Positions 12,501 through 25,456 of a DNA stretch of 64,000 nt are shown in pieces; position 1 is the first letter of the stretch, and each line of letters begins with the position of its first letter. The translations under genes were made by a program, and so were the position numbers. The notes beneath the pieces were generated by a model. That model saw only the letters and a program-made list of their open reading frames with translations. It made no database searches and had not been told where the DNA came from. Location of the stretch: NCBI GenBank assembly GCA_000388065.2, contig KB932207.1; one strand, written 5' to 3'. This stretch comes from Fonticula alba ATCC 38817. Its lineage: Eukaryota > Protista > Nucleariida.

Positions 12501-14787
12501 CAGTTGAATGCATCGATGATATCCTCGCTGGCGAAGAAGAGAGAGCGCCCCTTCTGTGCGGAGCCGCGTGTCAGAGGAGAGGCAGACCCCGAGTTCGCCA
12601 GCGATTCGGTGGAGCCACTTTCCATGTCATTGTCATCCTGGACTCGAGCGAGGGCGACATTGGGAGACGCTGGCCAGTCGATGCAGAAAACATTCCGCCG
12701 GCCGTAGGCCGACTCATGAATGGGCCGAACGCAGGCATTAAACAGGTGGAAGGTGAACTTCGGCCGGGAGGACTGGATGTGTGCGCGTGCGCGCGTGTGT
12801 GTGTGTGTGTGTGTGTGTGTGAGAAGAGGCATACAAACAAAGGGGAGATGAAGGGGAGGGTTAGATGGCGTGCAACCCCCTCAAAGGGGGTGACGAGGAA
12901 CAACAAGAGAAGCAGGAAGCAGAAAAGCCGCGACAATGGCAATCAAGAAAACGCACGCTCTCGGACTCGAAGATGTATGCCAACTGCGTGGAGGCCATGA
13001 GCACAAAGTAAACGGAGCGCCAACCACCAGGGGCTGAGAGAAGGGCATCATAGGAGCGCGTGCAGGGGAGCAGATCGGCCAGCATATGAGTCAAACGGGA
13101 CAAAGCACAGGTCGATGGATGGAGGGGTGGTGGCGGGCAAGGAGCCAGGCAAGAGATGTGGGGAAGGGAAAGAAGAAGAAGAAGAAGAAGAAGAAGAAGA
13201 GGAGGAGGAGGAGGAGGAGGAGGAGGACAATTGTAGGCCACATACTCAGATACTGCAGACGCCCTTGGCGGAGGCTCTGCGTGAGGGAAGCAACAGAGGT
13301 GCGCAGAGTATTGTCGGAACTAGCATGCTCGGCCACGAAGGAGGCAATCTCCTCATCCTCGGAGTAGGCCCGCAGGGCCGAGTCCATGTTGGCCTGGTAG
13401 GTCATCAGTGTCGGCAAGAGCTCATGCTCAATCCTCAGGGCGGCCTGCATCTTCATCAGGGTGAACTCGATGCGATTGCGCTCCCAGCCTTCGAAGCGCT
13501 CCAGCAGCCCGGGCATCAGGTCCTCATAGTGGCTGGTTTGGCGCTCGTCGCACGTGCGCTTGGCCAGCTCCAGGGTGCTCTCCGAGAGGCGAAGCTTCTC
13601 CCGGAGCTGCTGCGTTTTGGTGGCAATCTTCGAGGGGTTGTCCCGGCGGATGACATCGATCCAGCTCCCGCCGCCAGTGCTGGAGAAGTGAGCCTGGCCA
13701 TCTGGGCCGTCGGTGCCGGATCCGCCAGTGCCGGACCCAGCCGTGGTGCCTGGCGGGAGACTCTGTCCATCCAGGGCCTCCAACTCGCGCGACAGTTTGT
13801 CATGGGCATCCTGCGCGCGTTTCAAATCGGAAAAGGCCTCTTGCAGGAAGGAGTTATACTTCTTGCCCTGGTTGACGAGCTGCGCGGCCCAGTGGGTTAG
13901 CACAGGGGGGAGGGGTGGGAGGGGAGGACGACAAAAGGGTAAATGAACGATGTAGACGCAAATGGGGCGGCGGAGAGACGAAAAGGGACGTACGCTCTTG
14001 CGCATGCTGTCGAGTTCACGAATGAAGGGGGTGAAGGGATCGACAACGAAGTTGCTCATGCGGGTGCACATTTTTTTCTGCGGGGGGGGGGGGGAGCAGA
14101 CACGGAGCAGGTGTCAGTTGTGTTGATGTCGTCGCAGAAGACAGGGAGAGGCTGCCAAGCGGGGCAGGGGCGGGGACGGGGGCGGGGGCGGGGGCGAGGA
14201 CGTACATGGGAGTCGGTGACCTCGGCCATTTGGGTCATGGAATAGAGGAAGGTGTCGAACAGATCGGACTTAGCCAGGGAGGGGAAGCGCTTGCGCACAT
14301 CGCCAACCGTCTGCGAGAGCTTGTACATCGATTTGCTGGTGTTGTCCGTTTTGGCTTGGAGTCAGCATCCGGGAGGCAGGCTCCGATGGCTGGGAGGTGG
14401 AGGGAGGAGGGGCAGGAGCATGCAGGAGAGAGCGGGAGAGGACAGCGGAGCGTCCGGAAGGGGCGAGGGAGGAGGGGGCCAGCAGAGGACAGATGCACAC
14501 CTGTATTCCTCCTCGATGGCCAGGCGGCGTTTGAAGAAGGCGACAACCTCCTTGGTGAACTCGAGGGTATCAGCTGTGTGGTTGGACACCACATCGAAGC
14601 GGTTCTGCGCAGCATGGATGTGCACGTGGGCGTATGAGTGGAGGCCGGTTAGCGGAGCAACACGCGGAAGGTGGACCACCCGGCGGAGAACGAAGAGGAG
14701 GGGAGGGGAGTGGGAGGCGGCAAAGATCTGGCCGGGGGGAGGGGCACCGGGATCAGGACGAACCGTGAGGGATTGGGCGAAACTCAT
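7746..14787 (-). CDS. F-BAR-PH-C2-RasGAP protein with Pro/Ser-rich tail (RASA1/p120GAP-type catalytic module)
   Basis: N-terminal F-BAR ([40 protein letters not shown]...[14 protein letters not shown]), PH ([55 protein letters not shown]), C2 ([19 protein letters not shown]), RasGAP with arginine finger TLFRSNT and signature [15 protein letters not shown]; more than 15 GT-AG exons. Confidence 0.9.
11001..11136 (+). repeat. Polypurine (GA/GGA) tract in a RasGAP intron
   Basis: About 135 nt of only G/A (gagagagggg/gagagagagg units). Confidence 0.9.
11750..11768 (+). other. Illumina TruSeq universal (P5-side) adapter remnant; assembly contaminant
   Basis: CACGACGCTCTTCCGATCT matches the 3' end of ACACTCTTTCCCTACACGACGCTCTTCCGATCT. 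Confidence 0.95.
12064..12082 (+). other. Illumina TruSeq indexed (P7-side) adapter remnant; assembly contaminant
   Basis: AGATCGGAAGAGCACACGT matches the start of AGATCGGAAGAGCACACGTCTGAACTCC. Confidence 0.95.
13169..13226 (+). repeat. Compound (AAG)n(AGG)n microsatellite in a RasGAP intron
   Basis: Directly visible; similar tracts at ~9255-9300 and (complement) ~25655-25710. Confidence 0.9.
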
Positions 14788-16259
14788 GACCGGATGTAGG
14801 AGGGGGCGCGAATGGCGCCCGGGCGATCGCACAGCCCGTTGGAGGAGGAGGAGGAGGGACCGGCGGGGGGAGGGAGGAGGCGCGGCAGAGGCGAGGAGGG
14901 GGGAGGGAGGGAGGGAAGTAGACCAGGCGTGCCGGGACGTGACCGAAACGCAGCTGGTGAGGGTGGGGATGAGAGGTGGGCTGGTCGGGAAGTGGCGCGG
15001 CCCGTGCTCTGCCTCCAGTGGGAAGAGACGGAGGAAAGGGCAGAGGGGGGGGGGGGAGGAAAGTCGAGAGGGGGAGCGAGAGAAAGAGAGAGAGAGACGG
15101 GGGGAGGGAGAAGGGTGGGGAGGAGGGGGAAGTGAACAGATGGGGGAGGAACAAGATGCCGTGCCGGGATGGCCCGGATGGCTCAACAGGCACGGAGTTG
15201 AATCTGGTGCTGGGTCGGGGGGCCGACGGACCACACACCGGGGGGGCGACAAGGGAGGGGGGGGGTAGTCGGCAGAGGCTGCAGGCGCCTCTGACCAGAG
15301 GGCGCGGGATCCGGCGCCCCCGGGCGGGCCAACTCCCCCCGGCGGCATCCCGGGGGAATGTCTCGACGATCTGTGGTACCCGGAGGGGTGGGAAGAGCGG
15401 GGGGGGGGGGGGGTAGCACAGGTCTGGGTGCCTCCTGCTGCGTCCAGGCCCGGCGGGAGAGGCCTCCGCCGGCCACCGCCCCCTTTGGCATTCCCTCCCG
15501 GGCCCCCTCCCCCGGCCGGGGACACAGTGGTAGGGTGCGCGTGCGTGCGGACGCGCGGGGCTGGCCGGCGCACAGCGGCACATTCGAAAGGCCGACTGTG
15601 CCAGCAACCCACACCTGCGGGCGGTCTGAAACCAGCTGCAAAAGTGGGCTCGCACCCTGGCAGCCCATGGAGTGGGGAAATTCCCCCGGGCCCGGGTGCG
15701 AGACAACAAGGTGCCAGGCCCCGTTTCACCGGGCCCGCCTCTCCCCTCCGGGCCAGGGGAAGGGCCGAGATCGCGCGCCCATCCGACCGGCCGGCCGGGG
15801 TGCGGGAGCGCGTTGCGCGAGTGGGTGTATCGGGGCATCTGTGTTTGCCCCTGACCGAAGGGCGCACGAGACCGAGCAGCGATTTCCCCCGCCCCCCCCC
15901 CCTGCCCCTGCAGGCCCTCGACCCGCGGGAGGTGGGCTGCGGGCGTATGAGCGTCTGGGCACAGGTCCGCGCACCAGACCAGCTGGAGGCGGAGATCTCC
16001 CCTCCGGGGAAGCGGGGGGGAAAGGGGGGAGGGAGACGGCCCGACGCAAAGAACCCCTGGTGCGGTGCGGAAGCGTGGCCAAGGACGCGCGCGGTTGGAC
16101 CGGGCCCACATGAATAAAGGGACGAACGAATGGGTATGAGCTGACGAGGGGCGTCGCTCCATCGGCAGTCCGTGGCCGTCCTTCGAGCATCGAGGGCAGC
16201 GGGTGCGGGGGGCGGGGGGCGCGCCTGAGACGGCGCCAGCGGTATCTGCCTGCCGCCCG

Positions 16260-16296
<37 letters not shown>

Positions 16297-19200
16297 NNNN
16301 NNNNNNNNNNNNNNNNNNNNNNNNNNNNNNNNNNNNNNNNNNNNNNNNNNNNNNNNNNNNNNNNNNNNNNNNNNNNNNNNNNNNNNNNNNNNNNNNNNNN
16401 NNNNNNNNNNNNNNNNNNCCCCCCCCCCCCCCCCCCCCCGCCCCCAGTGCCCGCCGGCTTCGCTGGGGCTACGTGCCTTCAACTCCGCCGGCGCCGCTGC
16501 GCACAGACACACCCGAGCCCGGGGATGCTCGTACCTGGGCATGCCCAGCGCCCAAGACACTCGTGAATGTGTCACTGCTCGCACCCGGCCGAGTGTGCCC
16601 GGCGAACGCGGGTGCGGCACCGGATGAAAACCAGCCGGGGGCTTAACCATGCGCACGAGCTTGTGGCGTGCGGCGGCCCTCTCTTTCTCCCGGGCCCCGG
16701 GGATGTGCGCGGTCTCATATGCAAGTGTTGGCCTCCGAGGCATGGGAGGCGTGGCCCCCCCCCGCCCTCCCATGCGCGGGCCCACCCCACCGTGCGGCCG
16801 AATCTGGGGAGCGTGCGTTGGCTAGGCGCACCTGCGCCTGCCACCGGTTGCCCGCGGGCAGGCCTCTCCCCCGGGCCTAGGCGGAGAGACCCAGGCGGTG
16901 GGCGTCGTGCCAGCGCGCCCCGGGGAGAGCGCGCCACGGAGAGCGAGAGTGAGTGAGAGATGACCTGCCAACTAGGGCCGGGCGGCGGCGGCGGGGAGTA
17001 GGGGGGGGGGGGGCGCCGTCGGTCCTGGTTGTGGGCCGGGCGGCCGAAGCCCCGCCGCCTTGGCCGGTGACCCCTCCTCCCTCCCCTCCGGGAGGGGGTC
17101 TGGGCCTTGCAGCTGTGCCCCGCCGTGGGCGTATCCTCCCGTTTGAGGGCGCGACCTCTCGCTCGTTCTGGCCCGCCCGCCCCCCCCCCCCCCAGCCACT
17201 CTCCGGCCAGAGTCTGGCCACACTCGGCCTGGGGCGCCCATACGTACGGTGCGCTTCCGCCAAGACGCTCGCCCCGGTCGGCCGAGCGCCGCCACGGGCA
17301 CCGGCCGGCCGGCCCGCGCCCAGCCGCCAGGCCCCGAGACAATGCTGCTACCAACCCGCGTGCATATCCGCACACGCCTCGGGTTTAGTTGCGCGGCCGC
17401 CTCGCACGCCGACTACCCACGGCCATCAACCGTCGGGGCATATGATGAGATTGGGCGCGCCTTTCCCCCGGCCCTCGGCCCCCCCCCTCGGCCCCCCGGG
17501 CCACACCCCGCCTGGGCGAGGAGACCACGATGCTCGGCCGGCTTGCCATACACGGGCCGGCCCGCCCTCGCGGCCCTGTGTGTGCATTCTCTCCTCGGCC
17601 ACGCGAGGAAGAGGCAATTTGTCCGCATCCGGATCCGGAACCAAGCCGCGGTCCCGAGGGTGCTCCGGCCCCCCGTCCCCCCCCCCCCCCCCCCCCGGGG
17701 TGCGCGGCGCCCCTCGCCATCCCTCCGTGAATCCCCTCAGGGGAAAGCTCACACACACACACACGCACACACGCTTGCTGGTCAGGTCCCGCGGTCCCCG
17801 GCCCCTCAGGAAAAGGGATAGACCGCGGCCATCCGTCCCACGTCGTCTGCCGCGTGGCTGGGACAGATCAAATGACCGCATTTATAGAATATATATTATG
17901 CGCCGCTCTGCCCGCGCACCATGGGGCGCCACTATCGAGAAGGACATTGGCGGCCCCCCCCCCCTTGATTTCACCTTACGCGAGCAAGCGCGCCAGAGCC
18001 CGGCGCATGCGCGCCCTGGAAGCAGGCAGCATGAAGGCAGCAGGGGCCGGCATCAGAGGAGAGCATAGTGTTGGGACGCAGCGCGCCTGGACGACCGGCC
18101 CAGCGGGCGGAGTTCGCCCAGCGAAAGCTGTGGCCATGGACGTCGACCATCCTCCTCTCCCCCCCCCCCCTCCCCCTCATGCCCCCTCGCGCTCGACTCA
18201 TGTGCACACCACGAGGTGGGGCCGGGCCTCCCCGCTCGCCGGACCGAGAATCCCGGCATGCCAAAAGCACCGGAGGGCGAGGGCATGTGGGCGGCGTCCC
18301 CCCGGGGGCCGAAGACGGCGGAAAGCAATCAGCCGGGCCGACCCCCTGGATGGCCTGATGGCCTGGGGATATTCGGTCGCCCAAGGATCGAACGCGGGAG
18401 CTGAACCCTTGCCGGGGAATGGGGGGGATTTCCCCCCCCCCCCCCATTCCCCTCCCCCCGGCACCGTTGGTGCCCTCCTGCCGCGGCTCTTTGCACCCCG
18501 GCATTTGGCCTTCATCCTGTTGAGCCGGGGAGGGAGTATTTACCGCGGGGCCACCACACCCCGGTCGGCCGGCCCGGCAGGCAGCGACCGAGGTCAGCTG
18601 CCAGGGATGCCGCGCCCCGTCTGTCTCTCTTCCTCGCCGTCTGTGTCGGTCCGTCATCGAGGACGCCTCTGTCCCCCTCGGCCTCCCTCGGTTCCGGGGA
18701 AAGAGGCACCCGGCTGCGGTATGCGCCTTTCCGACCCGTCCGGGGGACGGCCCGACTCCTGCTGCGGGACCCGCGGCGGCCGGTCGATCGGCCGGGCAGG
18801 GAAAAAAGCTGCGCCCGCCATCCCCGGGACTCCTCCGTGCCCCCCCCCCCCTCCTTTTGGTCTGTGGCCCCCATGCCCCGGTAATGGGCCCCGAGAGCAT
18901 GCCGGCCTGGGGGGGGGGGAGATCACTGTGCCTCCCGCGTCGCCCACCGGCCTGTGGGTCGCACTGGTACCGAGACAGCGCGAGGAATGCTCTCTCGGCG
19001 GGGGACCCGGCGGGCCCCGCCCCCAGGCGAATCGTAATATTGTCCCCGCCCCCCTGCCTGAGCCCATATGCCCCAGGCATGCCAACCTCGCTGGCTGATC
19101 CCCACCCGCTTGTCTGCCTTCCCCGAGGCCGTCGGACGGCCGCGTTCCTCCCAAGGCCGCCGCACGGCCGCGTTGCTCCCGAGGCCTTGACACGCAGTCG

Positions 19201-21024
19201 GGGACGACCAAGGCAATGGCATGCCGGACGGTCCCCGGGGCCTCTTTTTCCGGGCCGCTCACCGGCTCGGCCTTTGGTCCTCCCTCCTCCCTTGGGACCT
19301 GGCCGCTCGTGCCCCCGGTTCTGTCTGTGCCCCCCCCCCCCCCCGGCCATCCACTGGTGGGATGCTCACACTCGCGGCGGTCCGGCGGCCAGCGCCTCAC
19401 GTGTCCCGAGAAGCCGAAAGGCGCGCCCCCCGCCCCCCCTCCTTCGCTGGGCGGCGGAGGAACGAGCGAGTCCTCCGCTTCCGGGCGCCCCGTCAGCCTA
19501 AAGGGCCGATGCGTCAGTGCCCTGACCGCCGCATCTCCTTACGCGCCTTCCCCCGCCCCCCCCCCCCCCCTCCCCACGGAGACGTCCGAGCTTGATCAGG
19601 CACCATGAGAGACCGGCAGCCCACGCTGCGCGACGCTGGCCCCGCCCCACGACAAAAGGGGGCGGCCACGCCCTGTCATTGCTAGGGTGTGTGAGCCGGG
19701 GAGGGGGGGCCGAGCCTCGGGACCCGCGTGTGGACTTCTTCCCACCTCGGGGGGAGAGTCTGCAGAGCAAGGGCAGGAGCCAGGCCCTCCTCCGTGTTAA
19801 GTGTCCTTTCGCCGCCTGCGGTTTTGGGTGCTGACCTCCCCCCCCCGCTGGCGGGCAGCCACACCGGCTGAGGCCACAGATTCGGGCCGCGGGGCCGGGC
19901 GCAGGGGGACACAAGGCAAGAGTGCCCTCGGTCCATGGCCTCCCTCTCCGCATTGAAGGACACCCATTTTCTCCTGCCCTCGTCCACGCCTCATCCTTGG
20001 CCAACTCGTCCAACGCCGGGTCGTCTGCACCCGACGGGGGTTCTACCGAGCCGAGCGGCTCGTATCTTCGCCCATTAGCAAGACCACATGATTGGGGGAC
20101 ATCATGCTCGCCTGGCCGCGAACCCCTGTCGGTTTAGAGGCCAGTCAGTTAATGCCCACCTGCCTCCCTCCTGCTGGGCTTATTCTGCGCCGTGTCGTCG
20201 CACCTCCGCCCCGCCTCCGCCCCAGGAGGCTGGGGGAGAAGCAGGCAGGGGGGTATGGCCGAGGTGATTACGAGAGTGCTCTGTCCCTGCTCCCTCCCCC
20301 GGCGGCTCCCTCAGCACACGAATGAGCCCAACCAAGCCATGCACCAGAGACACACATGAGCCCCGTCAGCCGAGAGGCATCTTTCTGTTGGAAAAGTATT
20401 ATTGGTACATCACGCATCAAGCGTGGAGAGGGGAGGAGCCGGGTCCCCAGGGAAGAAGGCAGCACATGTTGTCGTCGTCTGTTGTGTGCATGTGTGTGGG
20501 GTGAGATGCGTGACACAGGACATGCGCATGCACAGGCCCCCATCCGCAGGGATGGGTGTTGGAAAATGTGTTTGAGTGTGGGTGGATGGGTGGATGGGTG
20601 GGGTGGGGGGGGGGCATCTTTCTCTTCACGGATGCGGAAAGGGGAGGGGAGGGGCAACGAACGTGGCGCCGGCGTCGCCATGCAGTCCCCCGCCCCACTG
20701 CACCGGCGACTCTCTCATGCCCCACCCCCTCTCACACTTGCGCACGAGACACGCCGATACACCAGCACTGGCATTTGCACGCGCAAGGGGGTTCTCTGAG
20801 GACACGCCGACAAAGCACACATCTGTCTATGTGACGCGCGACTGTGACAGGTCTCGGCCCTGGATGCGGGGCGCATGGGCAGCGGCGAAAGAGGGCTCAC
20901 GGTGTGTGTGCGCGAGAGGAGGGGAGGGGGGGGGAGGGGGAGGAGCGCCGGCCGGCAGTTGGGGGAGGCACCCCGCGGCGGAGCGCGCACATGCACACGC
21001 TCGCATGCGGCATAGCCCGGACGC

Positions 21025-21333
21025 TTAGAGGGAGGCCTCATCGGCCTGCTTGGCGGCGTACTCAGCCTCGAGGGTGGCAAGCTGGGCAGCGCGGCTGGCG
21101 AAGGCAGCCTCGTAGCGCTCCTTGTTGCTGACCATCATGAACTTGGTGGGCAGAGAGTCCGGGTTGGTGTTGAGGAAGGGCATGGGCTTCTTCATGTTGA
21201 TGGCGACATCCTGGCCGTTCATCAGGCGGCCAAGGTAGTAGGTGGCGCCGACGGTGGACAGGGCAATGACCGCATAGATGGGCACGGCGGCGGGCTCGTA
21301 CCAGGTCTTGAGGATCGAAGCGAAGCGGGACAT
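21025..21333 (-). CDS. NDUFA4: NDUFA4/MLRQ-family mitochondrial inner-membrane subunit (102 aa, single exon)
   Basis: MSRFASILKTWYEPAAVPIYAVIALSTVGATYYLGRLMNGQDV..P: one TM helix in the P-I-x-x-x-x-A...G-A-T-Y-Y-L-x-R-L...D-V pattern of the MLRQ family. Confidence 0.7.
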   Translation of the reverse strand: MSRFASILKTWYEPAAVPIYAVIALSTVGATYYLGRLMNGQDVAINMKKPMPFLNTNPDSLPTKFMMVSNKERYEAAFASRAAQLATLEAEYAAKQADEASL

Positions 21334-22217
21334 GGTGTGCGTATGTGTGTGTGTGTGTCTGGGGTGGCGGAGGGGAAAGGAGGAGGGGGGAGGGGGGAGG
21401 GTGACGCGGAGATCTTCCAGAGAAACTCCTGCAAGGCGTTGACAAGCCGGTGCCCCCGGCGGGTTGGGAAATCGGTGTGCGAAATAGTTGCCCCCCCCCC
21501 TCTCCACCGGCTCTCCCTCCCGCGCCCGGGCCTCCTCGAGAGCATCCGGCCGCGGTAACCACACACCCCCCCGGGCGGGCGCACGTCCAGAGCACGGGAG
21601 GGTCAGCGACCCCGGCGTCCGAGGCTCTCCCCTGACATGCAAAGGGCCAAGTTGGGCCCGTTTGCCGCACACCGCCCTGGGCGCGCCGCTTGCACAGCGA
21701 CACGGCGACCCTCTTGCTGCCCCGGGCCAGACTGCCGCCGGTTACCCACCGCCCGGGGGGGGGGGGAAGTCGTGGGCATGGAAAATCGCACAGCGGACCG
21801 TCGCCCTCCGGGAGGGGGGGGGTCGGGGAGGCCCGAAACAAGGTGCTCCGGTGGACGGCCCGGAGCCTGAACCACCGCCGCGCCAGGTCCCCCAGCGTCA
21901 AGGCCCCTTGGGCGCGCCCCACAGCGACATGTGTTTGTGCGAAGGGGCACGAAACACGCTCATACGGCCTTCGAGCGGGAGGAGGGAAACTCTTTGATTG
22001 CGTGCTCTGCCCAGGGTGGCGAGACCCGGCAACCGGCGGGGAGGTCGCCCATCGGCGTCGGTGTCCGGCTCTCCTTTGCCCGCCCTTGACCGGGGTCCCA
22101 ATTCCGAGGGAGCCGCCGCCCGGCGATGCCCCCCGCCCCACCCTCACCCTCGCGAATGCGTGCTGCCACTCGGTTGTCGGCCGTTGCTTCCCCTGGCCGC
22201 CAGTGTGCTGTTGCATA

Positions 22218-22269
<52 letters not shown>

Positions 22270-22513
22270 TCTCCGCCGTGCCGCCACGCCATAACCCCCT
22301 CTCACCGGGGACACCTCGTGCTGGATAAGAACGCCTCTTCCAACCCTGGGGAATATCATTCCGTCGGAAGTGGATAACATGACCCCAAATCATAAACATA
22401 TGATCGGCCAGACCGCCGGTCAGGCGGAAGCGCGCCGCAGCTCGAGTGACCTGTGCCCCCGGGGCTCCGGGCGCTTGCCAGCCCCAGTGCGCGTTGACGA
22501 GCTCGCCCGGCTA

Positions 22514-22566
22514 TGCTGCTGCTGCTGCTGCCGCTGCCGCTGCCGCTGCCGCTGCCGTTGCCGCTG
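22514..22566 (+). repeat. (GCT)n/(GCCGCT)n microsatellite in the divergent intergenic region
   Basis: Directly visible; (GT)n at 22222-22266 nearby. Confidence 0.85.
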
Positions 22567-23643
22567 CCACATCCCCCCTGCGCTGCTCCCAGATCCATAC
22601 TGGCCTCAGAGCCGCCAGGCGTGTCCCAAGCCCGCCGGAGAGGACACGGATATGTCTTCGGCGTGTGTCCCATGCCTACCCGCTGCCTGGGCCAGCGCCG
22701 TCCGTGGTGGGCTGTGCCTGTGGGGGGGGGGGGTACGTGCGAGCGTGTGATTGGTCGCTCGGCCATTGGTCTGTTTCGAATTGCGCTCACCGCCCTGCTC
22801 CCCCCACACACCATACCGCCCGTGGAGCGGGGGATCCTCAGACGCAAGTCACGGCAGCTCCACCCACAAAGCCCCTCCGCTCTTCCCTATCTGCCGGGCC
22901 CCATTTTGTGCCGGGATGGTTCCAAAGTGTTTGGGGCGGCCGGTGGCAGAAGAGCACGGACAATGCATGGTGTCTCTCCCCGGCGGGAGCCGGCACCCTC
23001 GTTTCTTTCCGTGTGCCTCTCGGGGCCGGGCTTCCGGGCATTCTCTGCCTTGGCCGCCCCCGTCCCGCTGGCCGAGGGGGGAATCCCCCCTCCCCCGCCC
23101 CCCGACCAACCAAGAGAGGCCACGCACGGTCGAGCAAGCTGGCCGGGCTGCCAGCTTCGGGGAGGATGGCCGGGATCTGCCTGCGTACGCAAATCTCGGG
23201 AAGTGGCCAGGTAAATAATAACAAAAACAACAATAGTCGACGACTCCTTTTCCGGAAGGAAACCCAGGGCGTGCTGACCGCACCCGTGCCCCGCCTGGCC
23301 GACCTGGGGAGGGGGGGGGGGGGGGGGGGGGCAGCGTGTGTGGACCGAATGGTGCCGATCAACTCCAACGGGCTGGAGGCCGTTCGGGGGGGGGGGGAGG
23401 GGGGCGAGGCCGGAGGCGAGCCCCTCCCCCCTCTCGTCGAGTTGTCGATCCCCGCCCAGTGGGCCATTCGCCCTTGGACGGTTCTCGAATCGATAGACAC
23501 GCCCTGGCAGCCGCGGGGCCCCGAGGGAAGACTCTTGCCGGCCCATGGTGCGGGCCCCGTATGGTCCCCTGCGATATGGCAGACTCCTCTTCCCTCCTCT
23601 GTTCCCTCCCCCCTCTCCCTGCTTCTCTATCTTGACCGCCAGG

Positions 23644-23938
23644 ATGTCGCCGCCCAAGCGATCCGCCCGTTTTGTTCTTTCAATCGCCCTCTTCGCTCTG
23701 CTGGCGTCTCTTCTCCCGGCGCTGGCCTCTTCGAAGGTCTACTTCCGCGAGACTTTCTCCACCCCGGAGTCCCTCGGCCGCTTTGTCCAGTCCAAGGCTC
23801 GCGATGACTATGGCACTCTGCGCGTGCGTTGTCCCTTCCTCCTGTCTGCGGCCCTCTCTCACTTGTTCCTTCTCTCTCTCTCCCTCTCTCTCCTTCTCTC
23901 TTTGTCTTTGTCTCCCTCTCTCTCTCTCTCTCTCCTTC

Positions 23939-23969
<31 letters not shown>

Positions 23970-25456
23970 CCTTCTCTCTCTCCCTCCCACCCTTCTGACT
24001 GACCCCCATCGTCCTGGTCCTTCCCCCACCCTCCGGCTAGCTCTCTCCCGGGGAGATCTTCGCCGACGCGGCCAATGCCCAGGGCCTGCAGACCCACGGC
24101 CCTGGGACCCAGTTCATGGCCACGGCCAAGCTGGACGAGGTTTTCTCCAACCGCGACCGGCCGCTGGTCTTCCAGTACCAGGTGAAGCACGAGATCGGCC
24201 CGATTTGTGGCGGGACCTACCTCAAGCTCCTGGGCCCCGACGTCGACCAGGAGACCGCCAGCTCGGACACCGACTTCCACCTGATGTTTGGCCCGGATGT
24301 CTGCACCAATGTCAATCGCATCCAAGCCCTCATCAAGTACCGCGGGAAGAACCACTCCCTGCGCGTTGTCATCCCCCCGATGAACGACGGCCTCAGCCAC
24401 ACGTACACCTTCATCATCCGGCCCAACCTCACCTATCAGATCCTGGTGGACCACCAGATTGCCGGGTCCGGCTCGCTGGCGGCGCACTTTGACCTGATGC
24501 CGCCGTCGCGCATCCCCGACCCCTCGGTCCGCCGGCCGGATGACTGGGATTCGGTGGCCTTCATCCCGGACCCGAATTCCCGCAAGCCGGCCGATTGGGA
24601 CGACGAGCCGGAGTTCATCCCCGACCCGGATGCCGTGAAGCCCTTCGACTGGGTGGACGAGCATGATGGCGATTGGGACCCGCCGATGACCCTGAACCAC
24701 AACTACCGCGGCGAGTGGGTGCCGGAGACCATGCCCAACCCGAATTACAGCGGTGTCTGGGTGCATCCGATGATTCCCAACCCGGAGTATGTTCACGACC
24801 CGGATGCCTATGTCCTGCCGGACATCGGCCACATCGGGCTGGACGTCATGCAGACCCGGCCGGGGGCCGTCTTCGATAACATCATGCTGACCGACGATCT
24901 GGACGAGGCCCGGGCCTTCTTCGAGGAGACCGCCGGCGAGGAGCGTCTGCAGGCCGAGCGCGAGGTCCGCGATGTGCGGGACTCGGCCGCCGCCGAGCGT
25001 GCCCGCCTCGAGCTCGAGGAGATCCTCCGTACCGAGAAGGCCTTCGACCAGGCGGTCTATGGCAGCCAGGAGATCGACGTGCACTCGACGCAGCTGGACT
25101 CCTGGCGCGATCTGCTGTCCATGAATGACCGTGCTTCGCGCAGTGCCCGCATGGTGGCCGAGATCGCCCTCCAGTCGATCAACGTCGCGCAGACCCTGCG
25201 CCAGCGCGAGTTCACCCAGGGCGGCGGTGTGGTCATTGCCGATGAGGCCTCCGAGGCTGCCATCGCCACGCGCAATGCCATCCAGGCGGTTGGTCGTGCC
25301 CGCCACGCGTATGCCTCCTGGCTGTCGCGCAACGCCAAGGCCAAGGCCCAGATGGAGGAGCGTGCCAAGGCCATGGAGGAGGCTGCCAAGGCCGAGGAGG
25401 CGGCGAAGGCGGCTGCCAAGGCCGAGAAGGCCGATGCCGGACGCGATGAGCTCTGA
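23644..25456 (+). CDS. CALR: Calreticulin-like ER protein (exons 23644-23823, 24041-25456), C-terminal RDEL
   Basis: Signal peptide, VYFRETF, VKHE...CGGTYLKL, MFGPDVC, P-domain repeats (IPDPxxxKPxDWD; GxWxxPxIxNPxY), GLDV.Q..PG.VFDNI, ends GRDEL*. Confidence 0.9.
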
